From: Vezdaea acicularis | Taxonomy: Eukaryota | Assembly (NCBI GenBank): GCA_026025075.1 | Contig: JAPEUI010000048.1 | Span: 1 to 64,000 of the forward strand | Reading direction: 5' to 3' | Length of the DNA: 64,000 nt | In this document: piece by piece, positions 11,563-23,999 of the stretch | Layout of the letters: the number at the start of each line of letters is the position of its first letter | Position numbering within the stretch: the stretch's first letter is position 1 | Notes under the pieces: model-generated | Told to the model about the DNA's origin: nothing | The model's database searches: none | Seen by the model: only the letters and a program-made list of their open reading frames with translations | Position numbers and translations under genes: made by a program

Positions 11563-13592
11563 TTCGAGAGATGCTTGCAGAAGCCAGAGTCAATGGACCT
11601 TGTCTTAAAAGCGTATGATAGGATAGAAGGCGTGATCTAATCGCTAGAGGGCTGCAGCACGTAGAGTGGTCTTGCACTCCGTTCTCGGCCTAGCCTGGAT
11701 GTTTATTCTGCCTGTCAGTGGATGGTGGAGCTTGATAGCAGGCAAGCGGGGTAAGCAGCCAGGGCTCCACTAGTTGGCGATTTATATGGTTGGTCGATGC
11801 CAGGTTTTTCCCGATGAATATGCATGGAAGCCTTCCACGTCAAGCCAGCCACCAAGAGGATTGTGGACCGTGGATCGAGGAATGCGTGGAATGCGTGGAA
11901 TGCGTGGATTGCTGACCGAGCAGAGGCGGGGCGGAATTACAAAGCGCACATGGCGGGACCCACAATACTCCACCGTCCGCTGCGGCAGAACGTTACAGCA
12001 CAGCACTAGGAGCCTTAAGCGGAACCTTGGCGACGGGATGCGTAAAAGCAGCGGGCGCTCTTACCCCGCTGCTTTTGGGGCGACGCCAGAATGGCAGGAA
12101 GGCTCGATGCGACTCTAGTCGCGAGTAACATGGGGCCAAGGATCAGACACCGTTCCTCACGAGCCCTGCTGGCCCCCATGTAGCCTGAAGTCTCGCAGTC
12201 AAACGCTCGTCATCGGATCCCCAAGCCAGCACACGCTTCCCGCCGACGCGCTTGCTGTGACTAGCTTAAGGGTCTTCTTCTCGGCTAATCGGCCTCGGCT
12301 ATCGTGCCTATGCGCATCCATCGAGCGCTCTAATCCCCATCCCATGGACAAAAGGAAAGACCGAATCTCCGCGACCGGTGCCGGCTACTTGCACGCCCGA
12401 GCTGCTGTATTGCGCGATTATGTCTCGAAGAGGATCGCGATCTCCTCTCCGTGGAGCATCGGCAGTCGGCGAGGCTTGCGCTCCCGCTGCGATGGCGTCT
12501 GCCGCGTTCAGTGCGGACTGTCGTAGGGGGCTTGCGACAGGGCGTGAGGGATAGGTCAGGTGCCCTCGCCAAAAGCCTGAAGGATGCACAATTCTTATGC
12601 AAGCTAGCTTGTCGCGTTGCTTGGCTCCACTGCATCACTGTCGGTACGAGTACATCGGACACGGATGTGAACAACGGCTATGACGGCGGAATCGGATCAA
12701 GCATCGCCGATAGCTCGTTCCTCTTGGCTCACCACTGTTGGCTTCAGCGTGATTCGAAAATAGCCATTCCCCCCTTCCCCGAGCCGAGACGAGGACGGCC
12801 CGTAGGCATGGCCGAAGCGATAGGTTTGCTGCAAATATTGCGAACGTCACCTAGAGTCAGCATCTCACCGTTTTCGGACACCTGAAGCGCGTGATTTAAG
12901 TGATACCGAGGTAGGTAGGCTGTAATCTGGCTGTTCGAAGCTCTCATACCATGAGGGCAAAGCGTGAGCGCCTCTAGGCCAAATGAGTGACGTCGAAATG
13001 GAGTTCGCGATGGGAATTGTCGGTGCTCGGCCTAATCTAAACTCCGTGATCACAATGCACGAAGAACCACTGCAGGGCTGAAGAAGGACATGAACGACAT
13101 CACCACGACCCTGGTGAGATCCTGCCATTGATTGATGCATTTCAGCAAACACGGCAGTCGAGAGCATGTGTCGGTGACGATCGTGACGATCGTGCCCGTC
13201 TGGGTATAGCGAAATACAGGGTGAGCAAGGTAGCCGGCAACATCTCCGTTCGGACGGAAGAAAGGCCGCTCTCGCCGACGAGAATAATCCGGCGAGAGCA
13301 CGTCAAATGACAGTTTGGCCAAGCGTGTTTCTCTCCGACTGACGAACTCACCCAGTGCCAAAAAAGCCTCATGTGCTAGTTGCGGTGAGTAGCGTTCGTT
13401 GAGAATCTTCGAAATAGCTGCCTGTTCCCACGTCTGACACACAGAACCACCGGGGCATGCCTTCCCGTTCTCTAATGTGGAACAGAATTAAATACCGAAT
13501 GGATTGACATACTGCAAAGATCTGCTATTTTGGCTGTATTGGACTCTACATGTATTTGAGTGTACAAAGAAGCCTCCCGAAGCCCACTTTAT

Positions 13593-14645
13593 TCAAGATC
13601 GCCAGGCACGGTAGACGATTTTGCTGCCGTACACCTGTCCCCTTCTCAGCACCATCATGCCACGCCACTCAGGCACATTGACAGCGTTGACATATCTGCT
13701 AGGTTCCACACAGAACGCCGACCTAGCTTTCCTTACAGGCACCCCGCCAACCGCGGGAACATCCGTGTAGTCGCCTGTATAGTATTGAAAGCCAGGCTCC
13801 GTCGAGGATACTTCTAAGTGTATGCCCGTCTTGGGATGATAGAAAGTACCAGCTACCCTCAATGCTAACTTTCGAGTATCAAGAGGAACCTTGGACGGGT
13901 CAGTCTCCAGCACAAAGCAATGGTCGACCACAGGAGCGTCCTTCGAGAGAAGCACCCTCCCGTTCCCTGGGATAGCCGGGTGAGGTATCAGCCGTCCCGT
14001 TGGAATAGAGTCCTCGCGAACCTCCTGGCAGATGTTTGTGGCAAGAGCAACTTCTGTCCCTTCAATTGAATCTTGATCACCAATATTGAAGTAACTGTGA
14101 TTCGTCATGTTTACTGCTGTCTCGCCAATTCCATCGTCGACATCCTCGGCGAATTGAACGTCATACTCGATCTCTAGTCTCGTGACATCCAGCCCATCAA
14201 CATTCTCGTGGGTTATTGAGTATTTCACGCTGACGTCTAGGGTCCCTGGATAACCCCCATCAAGGTGATCGCTCCTGTACACAAACATCATCCAACTGCT
14301 CCCACGATGATTGACCTTAATTGGACCAGTCCAAACTTGCTTTCCCCAGCCATGGTTCCCGCCATGTAGGCTATTCTTCCCGCTGTTAGCGTCTAGCTTC
14401 CACTTCTTCCCATCTAACTCAATGGTGGCGCCGTTAATGCGATTCGCGACCCTCCCAATCGTCTCTCCGAAGAAAAACTCGTTATACTTGGCATAATCCT
14501 CTTGCTGATCGAAATTGAGTACAATGTTGGTGTCGCCCACCTTGAACTCTTGGATGATAGCGCCCAATGGCAAGAACTTGAAGGACGTAGAGGCATTAGA
14601 CGATGGCACCGTTCCCTCGCCAGGCGAAAACGAGAGCTCCCCCAT
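13593..14645 (-). CDS. Aldose 1-epimerase (galactose mutarotase, GalM/Gal10 C-terminal domain family)
   Basis: Single 350-aa ORF with FFGETIGRVANRI, SLHGG, GYPG, NMTNHSYFN, DHCF, TEPGFQYYTG and FCVEP motifs. Confidence 0.95.
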   Translation of the reverse strand: MGELSFSPGEGTVPSSNASTSFKFLPLGAIIQEFKVGDTNIVLNFDQQEDYAKYNEFFFGETIGRVANRINGATIELDGKKWKLDANSGKNSLHGGNHGWGKQVWTGPIKVNHRGSSWMMFVYRSDHLDGGYPGTLDVSVKYSITHENVDGLDVTRLEIEYDVQFAEDVDDGIGETAVNMTNHSYFNIGDQDSIEGTEVALATNICQEVREDSIPTGRLIPHPAIPGNGRVLLSKDAPVVDHCFVLETDPSKVPLDTRKLALRVAGTFYHPKTGIHLEVSSTEPGFQYYTGDYTDVPAVGGVPVRKARSAFCVEPSRYVNAVNVPEWRGMMVLRRGQVYGSKIVYRAWRS

Positions 14646-15064
14646 TAGTGAACGAGAGGAGACTTTTCCGAATGGGTACGGCCGTAAAGTTGCTATAGCA
14701 GCAGGAGGACAACCTTAATCCGAGTGCTTGAAAGAAGGTTGATGCACAGAGGTGGTTGTGTGCTACAACGCCGACAGTGACGTACCAGCATAATCGTGGT
14801 ACCGAGATTGTGAGTAGCGCGGGAGCATTAGTGAGCATTGAAAACCATCCACAAAACAATACTAAGTTTCGTGGCGGTCTGCCTTGCCACCTGGCCTTCG
14901 CATGCGCCAGACAAGAAACCTATCAGCTATCGTGCATGCAATGTAGAAAGACAGTGATGATGATGCCAAAGTTTCGTCACGTTATTTCCGCTCCCTTCAC
15001 TAGTCCTATCAAGTCATGGTGATTATGATGCTTACAAGCAGCCACAAACGAATTCGTCACATCA

Positions 15065-16033
15065 GAATAAGCTCATCATGAGTTATCAGATCATCCGGGG
15101 GGTCAAAGACTCCAACAATCAACCCCACCACCAAACCCAGAAAGCCTCTTTCCTCCTGCTAATCTCCGCTAAACCCCATCACCCCCTCCGAACCCTAAAA
15201 GCCATGGAGGAAGCACGGGGACCCTCCCCCGCTTCCCCTCGCGACTTAACAGAAAAGCAGCAAGGAATATCCATCCCTCCGCCACCTCGCCGGAGAAAAG
15301 ATCCTCTTTAGAAGAAGAAAGTCACTGTCTGCTCGGCTGATTACACACCGTTCAGTCATCCTGCCCTGCGATGCAACACTGCCAAGAAAAGCTGCACGTG
15401 CGCTTAAGAGGACCGGCGTTGCAGGGTGGTGCCCGTGCGGGCGGGGTTCGTTCGCGAAAAACGCCGGGCGATCACTTGGACCCTTACGCTAGCAAATGAG
15501 CGAGGAGGGGAAGGGGGGCCTGGATTGGTGGCGGGTATTTGGGCGATGGGCTCGGATTTTTTGCGATAGCTCTGACATGTGTGATTGATTGGAAGGATGT
15601 TGGAAGGGAAAGTAGGATTTTGGGGGCGTGGGGCCGTCGAGAGTTCTCCTGCGAGTCCGATCTGACGATGATGTGGAGGCTTGGTCGCGCGTTTCTTCTT
15701 TCGGTCCCGCAAGAATGCAAATACCCAAAGATCAACACGAGGAAATCACGTACGCTTTTGGAGAAAGGTGTGGCTCGCTTGGGTCATACGTTTTGTTGAA
15801 AAGGTCCGGTTTCAACGGGCCCGTCGAGCTGACTGCGTGCTGGCTGCTCACCCCACCCCGTACTGAGTAATTAACTAAGTGGTCTAACGTCCATTAAGGA
15901 AAGGGAGGATCGATGTCATGAAGCGTCGTTCAGCGTCGTAATCCCAGCCCCACAAGAAAAATGCAAACCAAACGCCCGCTTGTCGTTCCCCCCATCCAAT
16001 GGATGATGTCTCTCCCATTTAATCTTCTGTTCT
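15065..16033 (+). ncRNA. Candidate structured ncRNA, possibly telomerase RNA (TER)
   Basis: No credible ORF. Template-like AACCCTAA at 15191-15198 directly 3' of a 7-bp helix. Several long-range helices. A multi-hairpin junction at 15747-15839. Downstream U-rich motif and 5' splice site at 16021-16039. Boundaries are approximate and the pseudoknot was not resolved by eye. Confidence 0.35.
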
Positions 16034-16245
16034 GTACGTTTCCTTCTATGTTTGATGGCTCGTTGCCCAAACAGAGAACCGCGCACGTATGACTCGCTGT
16101 TGCAAAGAAAGAATAGATGCGCTAGTGTGTTTTGATCATCTGGGTGCTGGTGGATATATAACGATATTCAAGAAGCTGACCGACCGATTTAACTGAATTA
16201 GAGGACCCAATTATTAGAGAGAAGATGGAAAATCGATTATTGTGT

Positions 16246-17262
16246 TCATGGTATACGATTGACGAAGGCGTTGAAATCCTCATCGGTGAAATCTGGCATC
16301 ATACATGGGCCGTCGGCGTCCAGGGGCATGCATCCACGCCCAATGTCAGCCATTGGCAGGTCCACGCCACTGCTACCCGAAAGCTGAGTGAGGAAAGCGA
16401 AGTCGTCGTTCAGGCTCGAAAGCGCTGCTGGAAATGAGGGTCTGTTCATCTGGGAGGGGCTCATACTCGATTGACTCGATGGTGATCCAGGGTAAACGGA
16501 GGCTTGCCTTAACGAGTTATGGTGCGAGGAGAAGGAATTCGTAGATGTGGCAGTGGGCGGCGTGGGGAGACCTCTTTGGCCGTAACTATAGTTGGCGAAT
16601 GGCCCTGTGAAGATCGACGTCTCTGCTGTAGGGCTGTCAAATATAGAACGTTGTCCGCTATCTGATCCTGAGGCGTCCGAGCCTTGTCTTTGCATGGGAG
16701 CAGCTCCAGCTTCAAATAATTGCCGTTGCATTAAGGCTAGGTTTTCTTCGAAGCTCTCCCGGCGCCCACTCGGATCAATTTGTAGAGCACCGAGGCGCTC
16801 TAATATGTCGTGTGTGAGTGGATGTCCGCCCGTCGACTCCTTCAGAGGCGATCCTGTCCAGCCTTGTCCGCTCTGTGTACGTCTGTATAGCTCCTGAAGC
16901 CCGTTGACAAGCTGGCTTTGTTGTTGCTCGAGCATTTCAACATAACTAGGGGCTACGTTAGAAAAGCACCGAGAAAATAACAGCTCATTGTTTACCCTTT
17001 GGGATACACCTTGTCGTGTGACTTCTTGCGTTCTCCAAACACGCAGATAGCATTGTCTGTTCTGCACCGACTGCAAGGGCTGGCACCATCACACTAAGGA
17101 GATCGGTCAGTAATCGCACTAGTGCAACGAACGCACGAGGCAACAAAGCCATACCTTGGACTTCTTCAATCTGCACCGATCACAAGCTTTGCAAACGCGT
17201 TTCCTCACGTTGCCGTCCTGTGAGTCGAGCGGTGGTGACGGGAGCTGCCGTTGGTGAGGCAT
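16246..17262 (-). CDS. Zn(II)2Cys6 transcription factor, fluconazole-resistance protein 1 (Fcr1)-like
   Basis: Three exons give RKRVCKACDRCRLKKSK|CDGASPCSRCRADNAICVFGERKKSHDKVYPKG|YVEMLEQQQSQLVNGLQELYRR...HPLTHDILERLGAL. Confidence 0.92.
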
Positions 17263-17452
17263 GACGGACGACTTATGAACAGGGTTGTCTAGCAAGGTAG
17301 GCTGATAGAGGGAATGCGTCAAGTGATTGCTCTTATGTCAAGGCCTTTAGTTATGTATGCGGGTTTGACGCGTGGACGTATGACCATAGGGCTGTAATAC
17401 GAATTGCACTTAGTAGAGGTGTCTGGGGATGGGGGCTGGAGGGTGCCATGAA

Positions 17453-17458
17453 TTTATA
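17453..17458 (-). promoter_or_regulatory. Putative TATA box of the Zn2Cys6 gene
   Basis: TATAAA on the minus strand about 190 nt upstream of the ATG, followed by a pyrimidine-rich stretch. Confidence 0.45.
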
Positions 17459-20400
17459 TGGAGAGGGAGGGCCGGACGTTTTGTCGGTGAACGGCGGTTG
17501 GCCCGCTCTTGCAGGCATGTCGACCATGTACTAGGAGGTATATTGTCCCCGGCAGCCATTGCGCCGAAGGGCGTTGCATCGTAAGGCGTCTGGGGGAGGG
17601 TAAGGGAGAGAGTTTGTCCATGGCCCATATCGGGCTCGGCAACGCATCACAAATTTAGGAAGCGTATTTGACAAAGCCATATGCGGGCCCATGACACCAC
17701 CACCTCCATCATCGTCCGCGCGGACTGGAGTCGTCCCTAGCCTCGCACGCTTCGCTACCATCGCTACCTTTCGCTACGTCCGGCGCATCAGTTCGTCGCT
17801 CGAGCTGCGTGGCCTGCCTGACCTGCGCGACTTGCGCGACCCAGCGCTCGAACCCTGCTCATGGGCGCCATCGGACGAGCAATGGCAGACGATGGCGTGC
17901 ATGGGGGCTTTTCTGGCCTGACGACACATGAATTTCAAAGCCGGCCGGGGGTGCCTCCTGGGGGCATCCATCCATCTATCTTGCCCTTAACGGCGCTTGG
18001 CAGGACGAAGGGATTGAGTGCTCACTTGTCAGAACTCTCAGCAACTCTCATGGTTGCGACTGCTTGCGACCACGGTGATGGACCCCCAAAGGCACCGCTG
18101 ACGATCTCTGCGGCCCCCTTCGGCGGCGGTATTGTCTTGTTCGCACGGGGCGCGAGTGCTTCCATCGTCCAAGGGTCGAAGGAGGCACGGCGGACGATCA
18201 GAGCAAGAATCGGAGCGGAGGGGGCTCGTTCGGGCGGCCAGCATGTTCTGTGCCCCGACACGCGCCCTCTGTGGTCGAGCGGGACTTTAGTCTTTCCCTT
18301 CGAACTAGGGCAATGGGCATGGAATGCATGGAATGAATGGAACGGGGGCCCTTCCGCTCGTTCCTCCGACTGCGAGGCCGCTGGATTGGGACGGACCATC
18401 GAGCTTGGGGCAGGCCGAGATAGAGTGCCGTCGAGCTGATGCCGCCGCCCTATCCAACCGTACACGGGCGACTCGCGACTCGCTCTCGGCCGCTTTAACG
18501 GGCCAACCCTGCAGTGTGCCATCGACCCTTCGCCATCAGACCCTTCACCATCGAGACCTATGGACTGGGCCGGGTTGAGGAAAGAGTGTCCTTCCTCTCA
18601 AGGGCGCCGATGTCGTCCTGCTGCTGTCTCACCGCGACCCCGTCCGAGGTGATCGCGTCAATTGCGTCTGAGCAAGCAAGCCCTCGGGCGGATCTCCCAG
18701 GTGGGGGATGCATGCAGGATAATCACGACCTCAACCGTCCGTGCCAATAGAGTTGCTGATTCAGAGCTGACAACGCGGTTGGCAGCACCCAGCCCGCTGC
18801 ACCACCCGTGCCCATGCGGTGCCAAGCCCCAAGCGCAAGTGCCTCCCCATCGATAGCAGGAGGCATCTCCTCTATTCCCTTTTCCACCCCACCCAAGCCA
18901 GCACTGACCACACGCCTAGATTGAAGCTGCGTGCCCGCGGAACGCACCAGGCAGATTTGTTGGTAGATGGGGACGTCTATCGGCCCCATCGCCACTTCAG
19001 GCCGATGAGGTGCCAACCTTTCAGGACCTTTCCCCGCTATCCTTGATACGATACGCTTCCCCCGCGAGGTCATCAGACGGAAGTTTGCCTCGGGATGCTA
19101 GCGATTCAGCGAGTTCATGCAATGTGCAACAATACTCAACGTCGTGGCAGACAGCATGAGTGGTCGACGACGGGGATTGCCCCGCTCCGATCAGCCCCTT
19201 GCAACGGAGCATCTTTGGTTAGACATCGACCCACGCTTTGACAAGCTTCGAGAGCGCACCGATCCTCATCCCCATGCCAAGACGCCTCTCCTTTTGCCCC
19301 CCCCAATTTCCTATGGACCCTGTTGAGGTTAGGGATGCAAGATACGATGATAGATGATTTGCCCTAGTGCAAAACTCCATATCATACTGAAATTTCCCAT
19401 TGGCATTATCTCATGTTATGCATGTCATTAGCTTTATACACAACTTTTGGTTGACTTATGCTTGATAGAATCCACCAACGCTGTTCATGCTCTCGCGGAT
19501 GGTGTGCTGGGTGCAACGGTGCACGCAACTATGCGCGATCTGTCTTCGTCAAACTCAAGCGACGGGGTTACTATAGAGCCAAGCTTCATGACAAAGGCCG
19601 GCCACCAGAATTTTGGTGAAAGTTGTCATCCTCCGACCCGCACTAATGTACGCCAGGCGCGGTTGGGCAACGCTGGCGAGTGTGTCGGGGCAGGGTTATG
19701 ATGCAGGCTATAAACACGTGATGTGGCATTCTCCTAGACTTCGGCGCCAACCAAGAGCTTCCGTCCTCCCTTTCTTCACCGCCCATGCAAGGAAAGAAGA
19801 GCACGGCTCGGCAATTGATTCAGGATACGATTGTCTTCAATTTCGGCACCAGCTTTAGAGTAGTGCACAACGGAAACACCCATGGCACAAGGCAAAGCCC
19901 ACGAATTTGCTCGTTCGGTCGGATGAATTCGATATGAGTGCCTTCTCCAAGGCCAACCTCGACCTCAAGATTGACTGCCACGAGTACAAGAAGGAACCCA
20001 AGACTCGGCATGCAATCTTTTCCCGTTCATCTGTGATTGGCCAATAGGAGTGGGTGCAGCTTTATCAGTAGGCACAAATCGCGAGGTCATTGCATAAGTC
20101 ACCGGTGGAAGGATGCTAGTCTCCACTTTTCGACTGCATAGAGAGTTGACATGGAGAACTCAACTATTGGCTGATCTGATAGTGAGCCAGCCTTCAACCG
20201 ACATCATTATCAAAAGAAGCTGTTTACCCGTCCTGGCTGTCACGCGATCGTCCGTGTTATCTTCATTTCCAGCGGGGAAGTTATGCAAAGTCGACAGGCA
20301 TCGAAGCTTTCTGGCCGCTTTTGCACCTCGTATTTGTCGGGCTGTCATAAGACTTCAAATGTAATATCTGCTTTGGCCGCTGCGTAGCTGTGCGTACATC

Positions 20401-22009
20401 GCCCCCATTTGACGCTGTATGAGGTTGGATCTACAAAGGAAAGCTGAGGACCTTGGGAAATTCCATTCGGCCAATCAAGCTGCGTTGGGCCAATTTAGAG
20501 GAACTTAGCCAAATCCTTTAATTGAATCGGTAGTAGGGCATGACCTCTACTACTCGTGTTCCGGAGTATTGCTGTTGATTAAAGGGAGCCGCCTTACGTA
20601 AACCATTCATCACAGCCAGCTATCGAAGGCTAGACCTGTCGTGCTCCAACGCATAACAACCTTTGCTAAAGCTGCCACGCTTTCCTTTTTCGCGCTAGGA
20701 TTGGTTCTTTCACGCTAGCTTTGCATACCAGACAACGGGAAAGTTGGAAACCCATCCTCAGACGGGTGGTGAAACTTGCACCTGCTTAGTAACATTAGGC
20801 TTTCATGTAATTAGTCTCGTTCAAGGATGGCATAGTTCTACACGGGGATTGTCGACCGACTCTATACCGGAAAGCCACACATCGAGATCCTTTCATGCAA
20901 ATGTCTCCGAGAGGTAAGCCTCCAATTTAGTTTCCGAGCTTGAGCCACCCATTCATGGTCTCTGGTTTGCGCACGTGAGGTCTTTGGAGACGGTACCTTC
21001 CGCCTGAAATATGTCACTCTCATGAACGGAATTCAAACGCTGTCGTTTGAATCTGAGTCTCAAAGTTTTAGGAGAGCCAGGAACGGGGGAGTGATAAATA
21101 TTCTTTTGAGTGTAGTACCACACCTATCCGGAATGCGAATTGGAAAACTCTTACATAGTCACCTCTAGACTGCCCAGCCGCTCACTCTCTGAATGAGCAT
21201 CGCAAGGACTTCCATAGATCATGAACGCCAAGGACGATCGGCTCCGCCTAGCAATATCATGGTCTTTTCAAGCTTATCATCCCCTGCGGACCTAGCGAAT
21301 CGTTGAAGTGTAATTGAAGGACTCTGCCGCTCTCTTCTCTTGTAACACTTGAAGCGGATATCGTATCCTCACTATCTGGCGAACGCCAAGAGATAATGAC
21401 TGGTTTTCTTATTCATGCGGGTACTTGAGCATTCTATGACAGAACGAGCTCCCGTCCTGTTCATGTAACATCGGTTCAAGAGCAAACGTGGCAATGTTTC
21501 AGTGTACTAAAATTCCGGGTGCAATTCGACGCGGCATCGCCTCGGCCATGCGCTTAGTGCTTGGCCCTTGTGAGCGTTGACGATTCGATGTCATTTAGCA
21601 GAGCAACCGAACCGACGGTATGGTATTTAAGCATGCCAATCGTGAAGGATCTGGGTCAGACAAGTCACTCTCTTCTCGCTCAATCGTTGAAAACCCTAGC
21701 TGAATTCACAACTGAAGGACTCATGAGCCTATCATGAATTCTAGAACTACAACGTGCAGGTGAATAATCTCCACGCACGGAGCCATTGAAAAGGACCACC
21801 TACGCCAGCAAGATGGCGTTTCCTAGGCCAGTTTTTCGTAAAATGCTTCATAAAACTTCCGCCTTGCTGCCTATATGAGATCGCTTGACGGTCAGCGGCG
21901 ATGTCCTAATCTGAAGCCTGAAAACGGACCTTGAATGCTATACGCCGATGACCCGACTGTCCAAGAAACACCCCATCAGCTCTAACAAGCAATCATCAAC
22001 GGCCCTTCC

Positions 22010-23999
22010 TTATGGTTTGCGCACACTCGAATCTGGGCATGGGTTTTCGTCTTCGTCTTCGTCGCGCGGAAGTTGCAAGCCCATTAACCCGATAAGATTA
22101 CCACCAGGCCCTGCTACCCCGCCCTGCCCTTTGAAGCTCTCCAGAAGGTTTTTGGCGAGGTTGACGTTTACATCTACTTCTTCTGCATCTGATGTGTTCC
22201 TTTTACTTGCTTTGGTTGCAGAGATCTTCTTGCTTGTGGGATCTAGATCCAATGCACCTGCTTCATTGAGCTCTATTTCCATTTGCCGCATGAGTTTGCG
22301 AATCTCTTCTGCATCCAGATCGCTATCGTCAGAGTCCAGCTCTTCGACAAAGCCTGCGTCTTTTCTTGTTGCGAGGGGCGCCGCGTTTAGTGCACTATCC
22401 TCTTCTGGAGGGAGTCCCATCATCTCTCTCATCATGCTAGCAAACTCATTTTCATCGAATGACTTCTCCTTCGCCTCGCCATTCTCAAGGCTCTCATCAT
22501 CGTCTTCGTCGTCATCGTAATCCATATCGTCGAGATATTCGGCGCCGTCCAGCCCAGCGGAATCATTAGCCATAAATTTCTCAAAGCGATCAACAATAGT
22601 GCGGAGTTGTTCCTCGGCGGCACTATCTCCGAAGCCAGCCCTACCTTTCGGTCGGGTTCCTCCATGTTTATTGGACTTTGCGCTTTGCCCACCGGCTAAG
22701 GTCCTTTCGAAGTCAACGAAGTTGATGTCAAGCCAGCTATCATCATCTTCAGTATCGTCCCACACTTGGAGATCTGCGTCAGACGGGAGTTCAAGCGATC
22801 TAGCCCTAACCCCGTTGTGTATTCTTCGTATTTCCTTGATTGGAGGGCTATGTTGGTTTTGAATATCTTGATACAACATATCTAGCCCACAGGAGACTTT
22901 CATGCCCATTTCTGCGCGCGCTGAGGCAAGTTGATCAGCACCCCTTGTCCTGAGCACAGTAGCCCAGCCTAACGGCGCTGTAAACTCCTGACTCTTAAGC
23001 TGGGCATATCCTACTCGAGTGAATTTAACCTGGACATCTACTAAATCTTCTGGCAGGGACAAGAGTCTCTCGTCAGCCAAATGTTGGCCTGGTTTCTTTG
23101 CGTCTAGCCATTGCATTGAGATGGGGTCGCGAAGATAGAATGCCTCGGTGATTGGACTTATGTATTCGGGGTGCTCGTGCAATATCAATGCTATGATTCG
23201 AGGTATGGTGATTATTGCACGGTGTAGGTTCTTAGAGATCTGCTTGGGGTAATTACGGAGACGACGGAAGGCTTCTTCCTCCATACGTGACGAATGAATC
23301 ATGTCAGACTGAGAATGTAGAATGAACTGTCGGGCATCTGCAGTAGCCAAAGGTCGAGGAACTGTTTTACGGCCCTGATCCGAACCTTTCTTGTCTTCAG
23401 AAAGAGGAATTACAAGTAGTTTGCCATCATGAAGCCACACCTGTATTCTTATCAGCATGAAGGAATATCAAAGACCGTCTGCGTTGGAGAGCTGACCCTG
23501 TTTTCCGCTACCTCGGGATTCAACCACTGTGGCAGAGCGTCCGCAGCCTCTATTAGAAGAAACTCTCCATCCGTATCCCGGACCGTGATCCACAACTCCT
23601 TGAACATGTTGCTCAGCTTTTGTAGCAAGTACACGATGAGCCACTCGTCTTCGATTGAATCGCCATAGCGCGTACGCCCGTAGAGAACCTTTGCACCTTG
23701 GAAAACCGAACCTTGTTAGCTGGCTTACTGCGATGTATGAGAGGTCAAGACCAACCGGACTGATCCAGTATCTCCACCGCGAAGCCCTCTCTTTGCCATA
23801 TGTAGTCATCAAGGAGCTCTTTCCTAAGGTCTTGAGCACCTTGTTGAACCTCCTTTAGGCGGGGGAGTACGTCGGCGTCCGACTGAAGCTTTGGATCGAT
23901 TATATAGAGGGTATACTCGACGCAGTCTTCGGGCAGATGTCTCGGAAAGCCATCAAAACCCTCGCCGAACCACTTGAGGTCGTCTTTGGGGCCGTTCAT
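22010..23999 (-). CDS. SGT1/ecdysoneless (ECD) family protein
   Basis: GEGFDGFPRHLPEDCVEY, YIWQREGF, DGEFLLIEAADALPQWLNPEVAENR|VWLHDGKL, EAFYLRDPI, FTRVGYAQLKSQEF, DDDSWL, NLAKNLLESFKGQGGVAGPGGNL. Two introns. Confidence 0.92.

Noticed and set aside
14954..15060. GTGATGA C-box-like motif
   Set aside because: No CTGA D box at a snoRNA-compatible distance and no terminal stem.
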